From contig CAZKHZ010000005.1 in NCBI GenBank assembly GCA_964552715.1, forward strand, positions 1 through 34,478: DNA of 34,478 bases, written 5' to 3'. The DNA comes from an uncultured Chitinophagaceae bacterium (GTDB lineage Bacteria > Bacteroidota > Bacteroidia > Chitinophagales > LD1). Below are positions 8,319-17,148 of this stretch, piece by piece (the first letter of the stretch is position 1; each line of letters starts with the position of its first letter). The position numbers and the translations under genes were made by a program. The notes below the pieces were generated by a model that had not been told where the DNA came from, made no database searches, and saw only the letters and a program-made list of their open reading frames with translations.

Positions 8319-11300
8319 ATGAAAAATTTTCTACTTTCAGTATTAAGTAATTTGCAGTCTATCAAGAGCCTTGCAAAATATATGTTTGCAACAGCACTTT
8401 TCCTGCTGTTTTCAACGAATGCGAACGCACAAATTAATCCTGGTTCAATTTCAGGCTTAAGGGTTTGGTTTAGGGCAGATAGCTCGGCAGTGGTTACAGG
8501 AAACAAGGTGATTTCACTAAATGATTTGAGTGGTAGTAACTCTCACGCTACGCAAGCAGATACTTCAAAACAGCCATCATTGGTTACCAATATTCTTAAT
8601 GGGAAACCCATTGTTAGGTTTGATGGGGTAAATGACTTTTTAGCCACATCAAATTTTCTGGTAACAGCTTCACAGCCAAATACCATATTCATTGTTTGGA
8701 ATATTGCCGCAACTGGTTCCGCAGCACAGACAGCACTCTCTGGATTAAATAACACAGAATCAAACGGCATTTTTCATGCACTTGCTACAAGCAGATTAAA
8801 TATATTTTCTGGCTCGTCAGTTTATTACACAAAAACAGCTCCCTTTAATCACATTATCACAACAGCAGTTTACAATGGCGCTAACTCAGCAATGCGTGAG
8901 AATGGTGTGGGAAGAACGCTTACACCCAACAGCAATTCTGGCACCCAGGGATTTAAAATGTTGCACATTGGAGCAAACTACGGAACGGCAAGTTTTTTGA
9001 AAGGTGATGTAGCAGAGGTAATCGTTTATAATTCAATATTAACTACTCAACAACGTAATGATGTAGAGCAATACTTAAGATTGAGATATGCTCCTCAAAT
9101 TAATTTGGGTCCAGACTTAGTATTTAGTAATAAATTCTGTCACACACTGTCTATTGGCAATGGCTTCACCAATATCCAATGGAGAAATTCCACGGGAGTT
9201 TTAGGAACATCAAGTTCACTTCCAATAAATAAAAATGGAAAGTATTGGGTAACAGCAAATGATAGTTTTGGCTATCAATCGGTTGACACCATCAATGTAA
9301 TGTTTGATGTGATACAGGGACTGAATACGCTTAACACCACTATTTGCTTGGGAGCATCGGCAAAACTATATCCAAAGTTTTCCCCGACTGCCTCGGGTAC
9401 TTTTACCTATTTGTGGAGCAACGGCTCTACAACTGATACGCTGTTGGTAAGCGGTGAAGGCTCCTATATACTAAGGGTAACTGATGCCTTTGGATGCACT
9501 TCAATTTTAGATACTATAAAGGTTAAGTTGGATACTTTCAAATTGAGAAATTTATTGCCTGCAAGTGTCAGTGTATGTAGTGGCACAACCTTGGAGCCTT
9601 TAATCCCATTAGTTGATATAGGTTTTATTCAATGGTCAAACAATCAAAATACATATTTAACTGTAGTAAATGATACTGGAAAATTATCAGTTATTATTAC
9701 CAACATCAGAGGCTGTGAGGCTTATGATACTACACAAGTTTTCATTTCAGGAATTGCTCCTTTCAGCAAGTTCTTTACCGACACTGTTTGTTTGGGAAAT
9801 ACAACCCCATTTTTCAATCAATCTTTACCCGGTACCACTACAGACTTAATTGTTAAACAATTATGGAAGTTTGGTAATGGAGACAGTTCGTTGTCAATCA
9901 ATCCAACTTATCAATACCCTATTGCAGGAACGTACCAAGTAACACTAACCAACATCACCCAGGCAGGTTGCGTTTCAAGCATTGTAAAAAGTGTTCTTGT
10001 GCGTGCCGCTTTAGCGGCAAGTTTTAACGCTGCCGAAGCATGTATCAATGACCAGATTTTAATATTTGAAAATAGTGCTGCCACACTGCCTGATGTCATT
10101 AATCAATGGAAATGGAATTTTGGTAACGGTGACACATCAACTGTTCGTGTACCTAACTATACTTATAGCATTGCTGGAGGCTATAGCGTGCAGCTTACAG
10201 TAAAAAGTGTGTTTGGATGCTCCAAATCATTTACGAAAGTGCTAAACGTTTATAGTGTAACACCGCCACCTGCCATTACTTCGCTTTCTCAGCCAAATGA
10301 TGCTTTTATAACTGGTGATTCATTAGTGAATTTTTCTTGGAGTAATGCTGTAGGAGCTGTTTCATTTCGGCTTCAGGTATCGGCTACCAATCAATTTTTG
10401 ACCCAAAGCAAAGATACTTTAGTTATTGTCAATTCAATTTCGCTTAATCTATCTACTGGAGTTCACTATTGGAGAGTTATAGCATTTAGTGCTTGTGATT
10501 CATCTTCAACCTCAAACTCACGAGTAATCAATGTGTTTAATCCTGCTTTGTTAGGCAACTTGGTTTTTTGGGGCAATGGGGGAAATGTTGTACAAAACGG
10601 CAATAGTGTTTCTGAAATTAAAGATTTAAGCGGTAAAAATCATCATGCAATACAGTTAGATGGAACAAAGCAACCGAGCTTAGTTTCAAATGTTTTGAAT
10701 GGTAAGCCTATAATTCGTTTTGATGGAACAGATGATTTTTTAGCCACACCAAATTTTTCGGCAACTTCCGACACGCCAAACACCATATTCATTGTTTGGA
10801 ATATTGCCGCAACTGGTTCCGCAGCTCAAGCAGTGTTGTCCGGATTGAGTAATACAGAATCAAATGGAATTTTCCATTCGCTTGCAAACAGCAGACTGAA
10901 TATGTTTTCTGGTGCGACAGTTTATTATGCTAAAACCGCACCTTTCAGTCACATCATCACATCTGCTGTCTATCGAGGCATTTCTTCTTTAATGCGTGAA
11001 AATGGAGTAGGTAAAACGTTAATACCAAGCAGCAATGCAGGAGGTCAGGGTTTTAAGATGTTGCATATTGGTGCAAACTATGGAACATCAAGCTTTTTGA
11101 GAGGTGATGTAGCAGAAATAATTGCCTATAACTCTGCTTTAACTGCCCAGCAAAGAACTAATGTAGAGCAATACCTTCGATTCAAATACGCTCCTCAAAT
11201 TGATTTGGGTCCAGATTTGGTATTTAGCAATAAGTTTTGTCATACACTATCAGTTGGCAATAGTTTCACCAATATCCAATGGAGAAATTCAACTGGAGTT

Positions 11301-14300
11301 TTAGGTGCGTCTAACTCACTTACAATAAATAAAAGTGGAAAGTATTGGGTAACTGCCAATGATATTTTTGGGTATCAAACTACCGATACTATTCTTTTGG
11401 AGTTCCCTTCTGTCACATTAAATATAGCAGATACTACCTTCTGTCTTGGCGATTCGGTAAAGTTCTACCCTGTATTTTCACAGGGTGCTCAGGGTACGTA
11501 TTCGTATCAATGGAGTAACGGTGTTTTGGCAGATACTTTAAATCTCTCCAACGGAGGTAAATATATATTGAGTGTTACAGATGCATTTAATTGCTCAGTG
11601 GTGTTAGATACACTTCGTGTTAAGTTGGATATCTTTCAACTTAGAAATCTTTTACCTAATGATACAACGCTTTGTATCGGTTCCGATTTAGGTTTGTATG
11701 CATCTCCATCAGAGGTTAAAAGTCTTTTGTGGTCAAATGGAGATACTACTTTTTTAACTCAGATTCAGTCTGGTGGAAGCATTGACGTCTTTGTTCAAAA
11801 TAACACGGGTTGCAAAGCAAGAGATACCATTTATACAATCTCTATTTCAGGCACGGTACCTACAACATCATTTACGAGCGACACAGTTTGCCTCGGCAAC
11901 AATACTGCGTTCTCTAATCAATCTTCAGTTGCATTTCCAAGCGATACCATAGTTAGTCAACTTTGGCAATTCGGTAATGGAGATACTTCAACAAATTTCA
12001 ATGTGTCCTATAAATACTCTGCTGCGGGAAATTATCAAGTTACACTTACTAATGTTACTTCTGATGGTTGTGTAAAATCCGTTAGGCTAAAATCTGTGGT
12101 TCATCCCGGCTTGACAGTCAACTTCGAGATCCCAACTGCATGTGTCCTTAAGCCCATTTTAGTAAAAGAAAAAAGTACCGCGTTGTTACCCGATGCAATC
12201 AATAGCTGGATGTGGAGTTTTGGAAATGGCGATATTGACAATAATAAAATTCCGAATTATTCCTATCCAAATGCAGGTATTTATAATGTTAAATTAATCG
12301 CTTCAAGTATTCTGGGTTGCGTAGATAGTATTGTAAAAACCCTAACGGTAGTTTCCTCATCTCCAACCCCGGGATCTGCCGATTTGTTGTTGCCAGTACA
12401 GAATTTTGTATCTGCGGACTCTGTTGTATCTTTTAATTGGAATCCTGCAACTGATGCATCTTTTTACAGATTACAAATATCATCACAAGCAAACTTTCAG
12501 TCACTTTTAATAGACACGCTTACGCAAAACAATTCCATTATATTAGGTTTAAATACAGCGATTTACTACTGGCGTATAGTTTCATTTAGTCCATGTGGTG
12601 GCACTTCATTTTCTCTTTACAGAACAATTACAATTCTTAACCTTAAGAATTTAGGGAACATAATTTATTGGGGCGATGGAAGTAGTGTTATAAAAAACGG
12701 CAATAGTGTTTCTGAAATTAAAGATTTAAGCGGTAAAAATCATCATGCAATTCAGTCAGATGTAACAAAGCAACCGATTTCAGTTGCAAATGTTCTGAAT
12801 GGAAAACCAGTTATCCGTTTTGACGGAACGGACGATTTTATGGTTACCAATAATTTTACAAATCCTGTTCCGCAACCTAATACGGTATTCTTAGTTTGGA
12901 ATATTCGACAACTAGGCAATGCGGCTCAAACAGTTTTTTCGGGTATTAACAACACAAATACAAACACGATATTTCACAATAGGGCAAATCAACAACTAAA
13001 CTTTTTTGCTGGCACATCAGGCAATTATGGAAAATTAGCTCCGTTCAATCATTTAATTTCATCAACTGTATTTAATGGTGCTGCCTCATTGGTAAGAGAG
13101 AATGGAGTTGGCAAAGTGTTATCCACCAATATACTAGGCAGTCAAGGTTTATCTGTAATTCATCTTGGATGTGCTTATGGAACAGGGAGTTTTCTATTTG
13201 GTGATTTAGCCGAAGCAATAGTTTACAACTCCAACCTCACAGTGACTCAAAGAACAGATGTTGAACAATACCTACGTTTTAAATACGCACCTCAAATCAA
13301 CTTAGGTCTAGATATTAAAATTGCTTATGGCGTTTGTGATACCACCTTAGATGCAGGTCCAAATTTTACTAATATTAAATGGAATACTGGGGCAACCACA
13401 CGCACTATTAAGGTCAAAAAAGCAGGAACCTACTGGGTTACCGCAAATGATATTTTTGGATATGTTACTTCGGATACCATTAATGTTTCTACCCCTTTCA
13501 AAGGGATTTTGCCAACTAAAGACACTATTATCTGCGAAGGAAAATCCGTTGAACTTGCTGCGCAGATTGTTGGCTCCCCATACAGCTTTTTGTGGTCAAC
13601 TGGTGACACTACAAATTCAATTTTCACATCTATTTCTGGCACTTATTTTGTTCAAGTTTCCGACACAATCGGTTGTACCCTCACAAGCGACACAATCACT
13701 GTTTCAATTGACAGCCTTCAATTCTTTTCAGTCTTAGATGACGACACGGTAGCCTGCACCAATTCACCGCTCGGCTTGTATCCATATATCTATCCATATC
13801 AAACGTTTCAATGGAGTACAGGAGGAAATAAGGACACAATTCTAATCTCTGGTACAGGAAAGTTTTACGTTACCGTAACAGATGTCAATGGATGCGCTGT
13901 CATAGATTCAATAAACATATCTCGATTAAAAGGCGTTGCGCCAATTGTAAATTTTGGATATACGAATATATGTTTGGGCGATACTACTTCGTTCACTGAT
14001 TCTACAAAAATAACAGCACCAGAAATTATAGCAATCAGGCAGTGGACTTTCGGTAGTAACATACCTGCAGACACAGTTGTGAATCCTTTTGTTGTTTTTC
14101 CTAATACCAGTGCTTATCCAGTTCGTCTTTATGTCGAAACTGATTCTGGGTGCTTTAATTCTAAAGCAATAAACTTACAAATTGGCGCACGTCCATTGCC
14201 ATTTATTTCCTACAATGTAAGTTGTGCAAATACACCAGTAATACTCAGCGATGCAAGTACAATTCCTCTAGGCGATACCATCAAGTTTTGGAATTGGAAC

Positions 14301-15764
14301 ATCAATAGTGGTAATGTATTTTTAACCAAAAATGTTACTTACAACTTTCCATCTATTGGCGAATTTCCCGTTAAGTTAATTGTAACTTCTGCCAAGGGTT
14401 GTGTTGATTCTACTTCGGTAAAAGTGGAAGTTTTTCCGCCAATCAATCCCAACTTCACATACAGTAATCAATGTGTTGGGCAAACAACTTTAATTTCTGA
14501 TGTCACACCTTCGCTCTCTATCATTAAAAGAATATGGAGGTTGAGCGACCAAGTTGCGCTAATCAACGATTCACTTTCGTTTAAAAAAGTATTTGCCTCT
14601 GCCGATACTTTTCAGGTGACGCTTGAAGTTACCAATGCCATCGGTTGTGTAGATACGGTTACAAAATCAGTAGTTATTTATCCAAATCCTGATGCGCAGA
14701 TAACCGATACGGTTGCTTGCAAAGGTGCATCGGTAAAGCTTACTGAAAACACTCAAAGCGATGACTCAATTGTGCGTTACGATTGGATATTTGGCGGCAC
14801 GCTTTCCAAGCAACGCAATCCTACGTTTGTTGTAAACGATACAGGGCTTATTGCTATGCAATTGAAGGTTACCTCATTGCAAGGGTGCATTGATTCTGTG
14901 CAGCGCAACTTTCGTGTGCTTGGTTTGCCTAAAGCTTCATTTGCTTATTCACCGCTCTTTGGCGAATCGCCATTGGAAGTTACTTTCACCAACACCAGCA
15001 ACAATGCAGTAAGCTATTCTTGGAATTTTGGTGATGGCACAGGAACCTCAACGGTTAAAAACCCTGTTTACACTTACACCTTCAACGATACTTTTGCCAT
15101 CAAGTTGACTGCTGCAAACCAATTGGGTTGTGCCGATTCTGTCATAAGAAACATTGTGGTGATTCCAACAGATGCAGACATTCAATTGCTTACCATCAAC
15201 ACCCAAAATAAACAGTTGTTGAACGGTGCGCTTTCTACCGAAGTACTTGCGCGTTTTGCAAACGTAGGCACGCAGCCAATTATCAATGCACAGTTCCTTG
15301 CGCGCTTAGATGATGGCACAACTATCTTGGATGATTGGGAAGGTATTTTATTGCCGGGCGATGTATATGTTCACACCTTTAGTTCATCCTTTTATTTGCC
15401 AAAAAGTTCGGTAGTGCAATACGTTTGTGTAGATGCGGTTAATATAAACAATGGAGCAGAAAAGCGTTTAGAAAACAACAAAAATTGTCGTTCGCTTACC
15501 GACCAATCTGTAGTTACCAATCTTTATCCAAATCCTGCTTCGGGCGAAATTTTCTTAGACTTGATTTTACCTGAAGAAACTGATTTTAGTTTTGAAGTAA
15601 GCAACGAGATGGGGCAAAAGATGATTGCAAAGTTCGACTTCAAAGGCGTGCGTGGCATCAACACAGTTCCTTTTGATGTGCGCGCATTCCGCCCAGGTAT
15701 TTACTTCTTGCGTATCAAATACAAGGACAGTACCGAAGTGCAGAAATTTCAGGTAATCAGATAG
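8319..15764 (+). CDS. 2481-aa T9SS (type A CTD) surface protein: three concanavalin-A/LamG-like domains, Cys-paired Ig-like repeats, about 10 PKD-like domains and two FN3-like domains
   Basis: Signal peptide ending ANA-Q. Three copies of D.SG..HA.Q...KQP....NGKP..RFDG..D / GD.AE.I.YNS.L...QR..VEQYL...Y. PKD motifs WKFGNG, WNFGNG and WNFGDG. C-terminal LYPNPA...GIYFLRI.....QKF sorting domain. Confidence 0.9.
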   Translation: MKNFLLSVLSNLQSIKSLAKYMFATALFLLFSTNANAQINPGSISGLRVWFRADSSAVVTGNKVISLNDLSGSNSHATQADTSKQPSLVTNILNGKPIVRFDGVNDFLATSNFLVTASQPNTIFIVWNIAATGSAAQTALSGLNNTESNGIFHALATSRLNIFSGSSVYYTKTAPFNHIITTAVYNGANSAMRENGVGRTLTPNSNSGTQGFKMLHIGANYGTASFLKGDVAEVIVYNSILTTQQRNDVEQYLRLRYAPQINLGPDLVFSNKFCHTLSIGNGFTNIQWRNSTGVLGTSSSLPINKNGKYWVTANDSFGYQSVDTINVMFDVIQGLNTLNTTICLGASAKLYPKFSPTASGTFTYLWSNGSTTDTLLVSGEGSYILRVTDAFGCTSILDTIKVKLDTFKLRNLLPASVSVCSGTTLEPLIPLVDIGFIQWSNNQNTYLTVVNDTGKLSVIITNIRGCEAYDTTQVFISGIAPFSKFFTDTVCLGNTTPFFNQSLPGTTTDLIVKQLWKFGNGDSSLSINPTYQYPIAGTYQVTLTNITQAGCVSSIVKSVLVRAALAASFNAAEACINDQILIFENSAATLPDVINQWKWNFGNGDTSTVRVPNYTYSIAGGYSVQLTVKSVFGCSKSFTKVLNVYSVTPPPAITSLSQPNDAFITGDSLVNFSWSNAVGAVSFRLQVSATNQFLTQSKDTLVIVNSISLNLSTGVHYWRVIAFSACDSSSTSNSRVINVFNPALLGNLVFWGNGGNVVQNGNSVSEIKDLSGKNHHAIQLDGTKQPSLVSNVLNGKPIIRFDGTDDFLATPNFSATSDTPNTIFIVWNIAATGSAAQAVLSGLSNTESNGIFHSLANSRLNMFSGATVYYAKTAPFSHIITSAVYRGISSLMRENGVGKTLIPSSNAGGQGFKMLHIGANYGTSSFLRGDVAEIIAYNSALTAQQRTNVEQYLRFKYAPQIDLGPDLVFSNKFCHTLSVGNSFTNIQWRNSTGVLGASNSLTINKSGKYWVTANDIFGYQTTDTILLEFPSVTLNIADTTFCLGDSVKFYPVFSQGAQGTYSYQWSNGVLADTLNLSNGGKYILSVTDAFNCSVVLDTLRVKLDIFQLRNLLPNDTTLCIGSDLGLYASPSEVKSLLWSNGDTTFLTQIQSGGSIDVFVQNNTGCKARDTIYTISISGTVPTTSFTSDTVCLGNNTAFSNQSSVAFPSDTIVSQLWQFGNGDTSTNFNVSYKYSAAGNYQVTLTNVTSDGCVKSVRLKSVVHPGLTVNFEIPTACVLKPILVKEKSTALLPDAINSWMWSFGNGDIDNNKIPNYSYPNAGIYNVKLIASSILGCVDSIVKTLTVVSSSPTPGSADLLLPVQNFVSADSVVSFNWNPATDASFYRLQISSQANFQSLLIDTLTQNNSIILGLNTAIYYWRIVSFSPCGGTSFSLYRTITILNLKNLGNIIYWGDGSSVIKNGNSVSEIKDLSGKNHHAIQSDVTKQPISVANVLNGKPVIRFDGTDDFMVTNNFTNPVPQPNTVFLVWNIRQLGNAAQTVFSGINNTNTNTIFHNRANQQLNFFAGTSGNYGKLAPFNHLISSTVFNGAASLVRENGVGKVLSTNILGSQGLSVIHLGCAYGTGSFLFGDLAEAIVYNSNLTVTQRTDVEQYLRFKYAPQINLGLDIKIAYGVCDTTLDAGPNFTNIKWNTGATTRTIKVKKAGTYWVTANDIFGYVTSDTINVSTPFKGILPTKDTIICEGKSVELAAQIVGSPYSFLWSTGDTTNSIFTSISGTYFVQVSDTIGCTLTSDTITVSIDSLQFFSVLDDDTVACTNSPLGLYPYIYPYQTFQWSTGGNKDTILISGTGKFYVTVTDVNGCAVIDSINISRLKGVAPIVNFGYTNICLGDTTSFTDSTKITAPEIIAIRQWTFGSNIPADTVVNPFVVFPNTSAYPVRLYVETDSGCFNSKAINLQIGARPLPFISYNVSCANTPVILSDASTIPLGDTIKFWNWNINSGNVFLTKNVTYNFPSIGEFPVKLIVTSAKGCVDSTSVKVEVFPPINPNFTYSNQCVGQTTLISDVTPSLSIIKRIWRLSDQVALINDSLSFKKVFASADTFQVTLEVTNAIGCVDTVTKSVVIYPNPDAQITDTVACKGASVKLTENTQSDDSIVRYDWIFGGTLSKQRNPTFVVNDTGLIAMQLKVTSLQGCIDSVQRNFRVLGLPKASFAYSPLFGESPLEVTFTNTSNNAVSYSWNFGDGTGTSTVKNPVYTYTFNDTFAIKLTAANQLGCADSVIRNIVVIPTDADIQLLTINTQNKQLLNGALSTEVLARFANVGTQPIINAQFLARLDDGTTILDDWEGILLPGDVYVHTFSSSFYLPKSSVVQYVCVDAVNINNGAEKRLENNKNCRSLTDQSVVTNLYPNPASGEIFLDLILPEETDFSFEVSNEMGQKMIAKFDFKGVRGINTVPFDVRAFRPGIYFLRIKYKDSTEVQKFQVIR
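8430..13292 (+). repeat. Intragenic tandem module repeat with 2100-bp (700-aa) period
   Basis: Rows 8641/10741, 8701/10801, 9121/11221 and 10621/12721 align at exactly +2100. Identical runs are 8682-8725 = 10782-10825 and 10594-10651 = 12694-12751. Confidence 0.93.
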
Positions 15765-15827
15765 GGTAGGAGAGTGGTTGTAAGTATTTAAAACCCGCCT
15801 TATTCAAACTGTCTACCCAGACAAGTT

Positions 15828-15861
15828 AACCCCGTCAGTGGTCGCAGACCCTGACGGGGTT
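15828..15861. repeat. REP-like GC-rich palindrome between convergent genes; may also act as a terminator
   Basis: AACCCCGTCAG-T-GGTC-GCA-GACC-CTGACGGGGTT forms 11+4 bp stems with a single-T bulge and a GCA triloop. Confidence 0.8.
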
Positions 15862-15888
15862 TGCCAAAAGATAGGTGAGAGGCTGTTG

Positions 15889-15919
15889 TCTAATATCTAA
15901 CTTCTAATATCTAACATCT
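15889..15919. repeat. Heptamer tandem tract (TCTAAYW)
   Basis: TCTAATA TCTAACT TCTAATA TCTAACA TCT, just past the stop of the nucleoid-associated gene. Confidence 0.8.
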
Positions 15920-15922
15920 TTT

Positions 15923-16966
15923 CTACGTCTCCGTTTCAAAGTAAATCTTGTAATACTTTCTACCCTTTTCGTCCACACCCTGCTCAATCAAGTCGCGGTT
16001 GCCGTGAATGTAGATGTGGAAGTTTTTATCCAACTTTAAAACACTTTTAAAAACCATTGCCTGCTTTTTTACAGCCGAAGCCGAAATCGCAAAACTGTCT
16101 TCAATTTCAATATCCTTTTCTTTTTGATAATTAAATTTAAAGTTATTGAAGCTGTCAATAATTTCAGGCTGCGCCATCACTTCGTTGGTAAATTCATCTA
16201 AGTTAAAGTTGTCGTTTTCTTTAAAAAACTTCACCGATTTATTCAGCAAATCAACTTGGTCTGCTCGCGATACCTCAAAGCGTTGAGGCAGTTCGTTGGT
16301 CACAAAATTTTTGCAAAGCGTCATCACATTTTGCGTGTTGAAATACTCATCTTTCCGTTGCTGTATATGCAAAAAATCATCCATCCAATATTGCGCTTCC
16401 GAGCTGCGATTGCTGCCCTCTGCCACAGCTACTACATAGCCTTCTTCTTTAGCAATATTGTATATCAGGCAGCCTTTATCCAACTTGTGAATATTGATTC
16501 CCTTTTCACTGTCAATAGTTAGCCCTTCGCGGGTAGCATCCACCTTCAAAAAAGTATCCTTGTTTTCTGTTTTAAACAAGCCAATCGCATCTACCGTTTT
16601 ACCCTCTACAAAGCAATCTTTAAAGTAAACAGTATAAAACTCTCCGCCCTTAATTTTTGGATGTCCGCTACATTCATACAAGTGTTTTGCTAAGCTGAAA
16701 GAGTGTTCTTGCAATGTATTTGGCTTATCAAAAATTTTACTTGCATACACAAACACTTCATTCAACTCAATATCGCTTTCGTGATACAGATTAAAGTGTT
16801 CGCTGCTTTTAAAAGGTGGTAAAAAATATTCTTTGAACAATTCCTCCAGTTCCACGCCAAGTTCGATACTATCCTGCGTGGCTATCAACCCTTCGTCCTC
16901 CAATTTATTGCCCACCCTGTGTACAGCAAGGCTTAATATGCCATGCGTAAAATCACTGTTCATCAT
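15923..16966 (-). CDS. Nucleoid-associated protein, YejK/NA37-like (Bacteroidota type)
   Basis: 347 aa with HRVGNK, LAKHLYE.S.HPKIKGGEFY, AIGLFKTENKDTFL, KLDKGCLI, YWMDDFL and KSVLKLDKNFHIYIHG. Confidence 0.8.
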   Translation of the reverse strand: MMNSDFTHGILSLAVHRVGNKLEDEGLIATQDSIELGVELEELFKEYFLPPFKSSEHFNLYHESDIELNEVFVYASKIFDKPNTLQEHSFSLAKHLYECSGHPKIKGGEFYTVYFKDCFVEGKTVDAIGLFKTENKDTFLKVDATREGLTIDSEKGINIHKLDKGCLIYNIAKEEGYVVAVAEGSNRSSEAQYWMDDFLHIQQRKDEYFNTQNVMTLCKNFVTNELPQRFEVSRADQVDLLNKSVKFFKENDNFNLDEFTNEVMAQPEIIDSFNNFKFNYQKEKDIEIEDSFAISASAVKKQAMVFKSVLKLDKNFHIYIHGNRDLIEQGVDEKGRKYYKIYFETET

Positions 16967-16970
16967 GCAG

Positions 16971-16978
16971 CTAAAATA
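16971..16978 (-). promoter_or_regulatory. Variant -7 promoter element 4 nt before the start codon
   Basis: Reverse complement reads TATTTTAG-CTGC-ATG, a one-mismatch TAnnTTTG. Confidence 0.4.
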
Positions 16979-17148
16979 CTATTTATGAGCAGGGCAAATG
17001 GCGGAGCTTATGTTTTGTGTAAAAACACGTTCGGTTTTTCTAAAACCTTTCCACACATCCTTTACAGAACCGGTCTCTCTCCTCAACCCTTTTCCCTCAA
17101 TTCTTGATTCTCTAATTCGGTATAAATCACACACAGCCAAATATAAAA

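Noticed and set aside
8430-13292. Diversity-generating retroelement TR/VR pair
   Set aside because: The repeats are in-frame domain duplications, the differences are not adenine-specific, and no reverse transcriptase is present.
13351-13737. 128-aa alternative-frame ORF in the giant gene
   Set aside because: L/Q-rich composition typical of a +1 frame of a T/S-rich gene; the main frame is uninterrupted and no frameshift signal was seen.
15923-16966. Anti-phage defence role for the nucleoid-associated gene
   Set aside because: It stands alone with no defence partner genes nearby; nothing in the sequence supports it.
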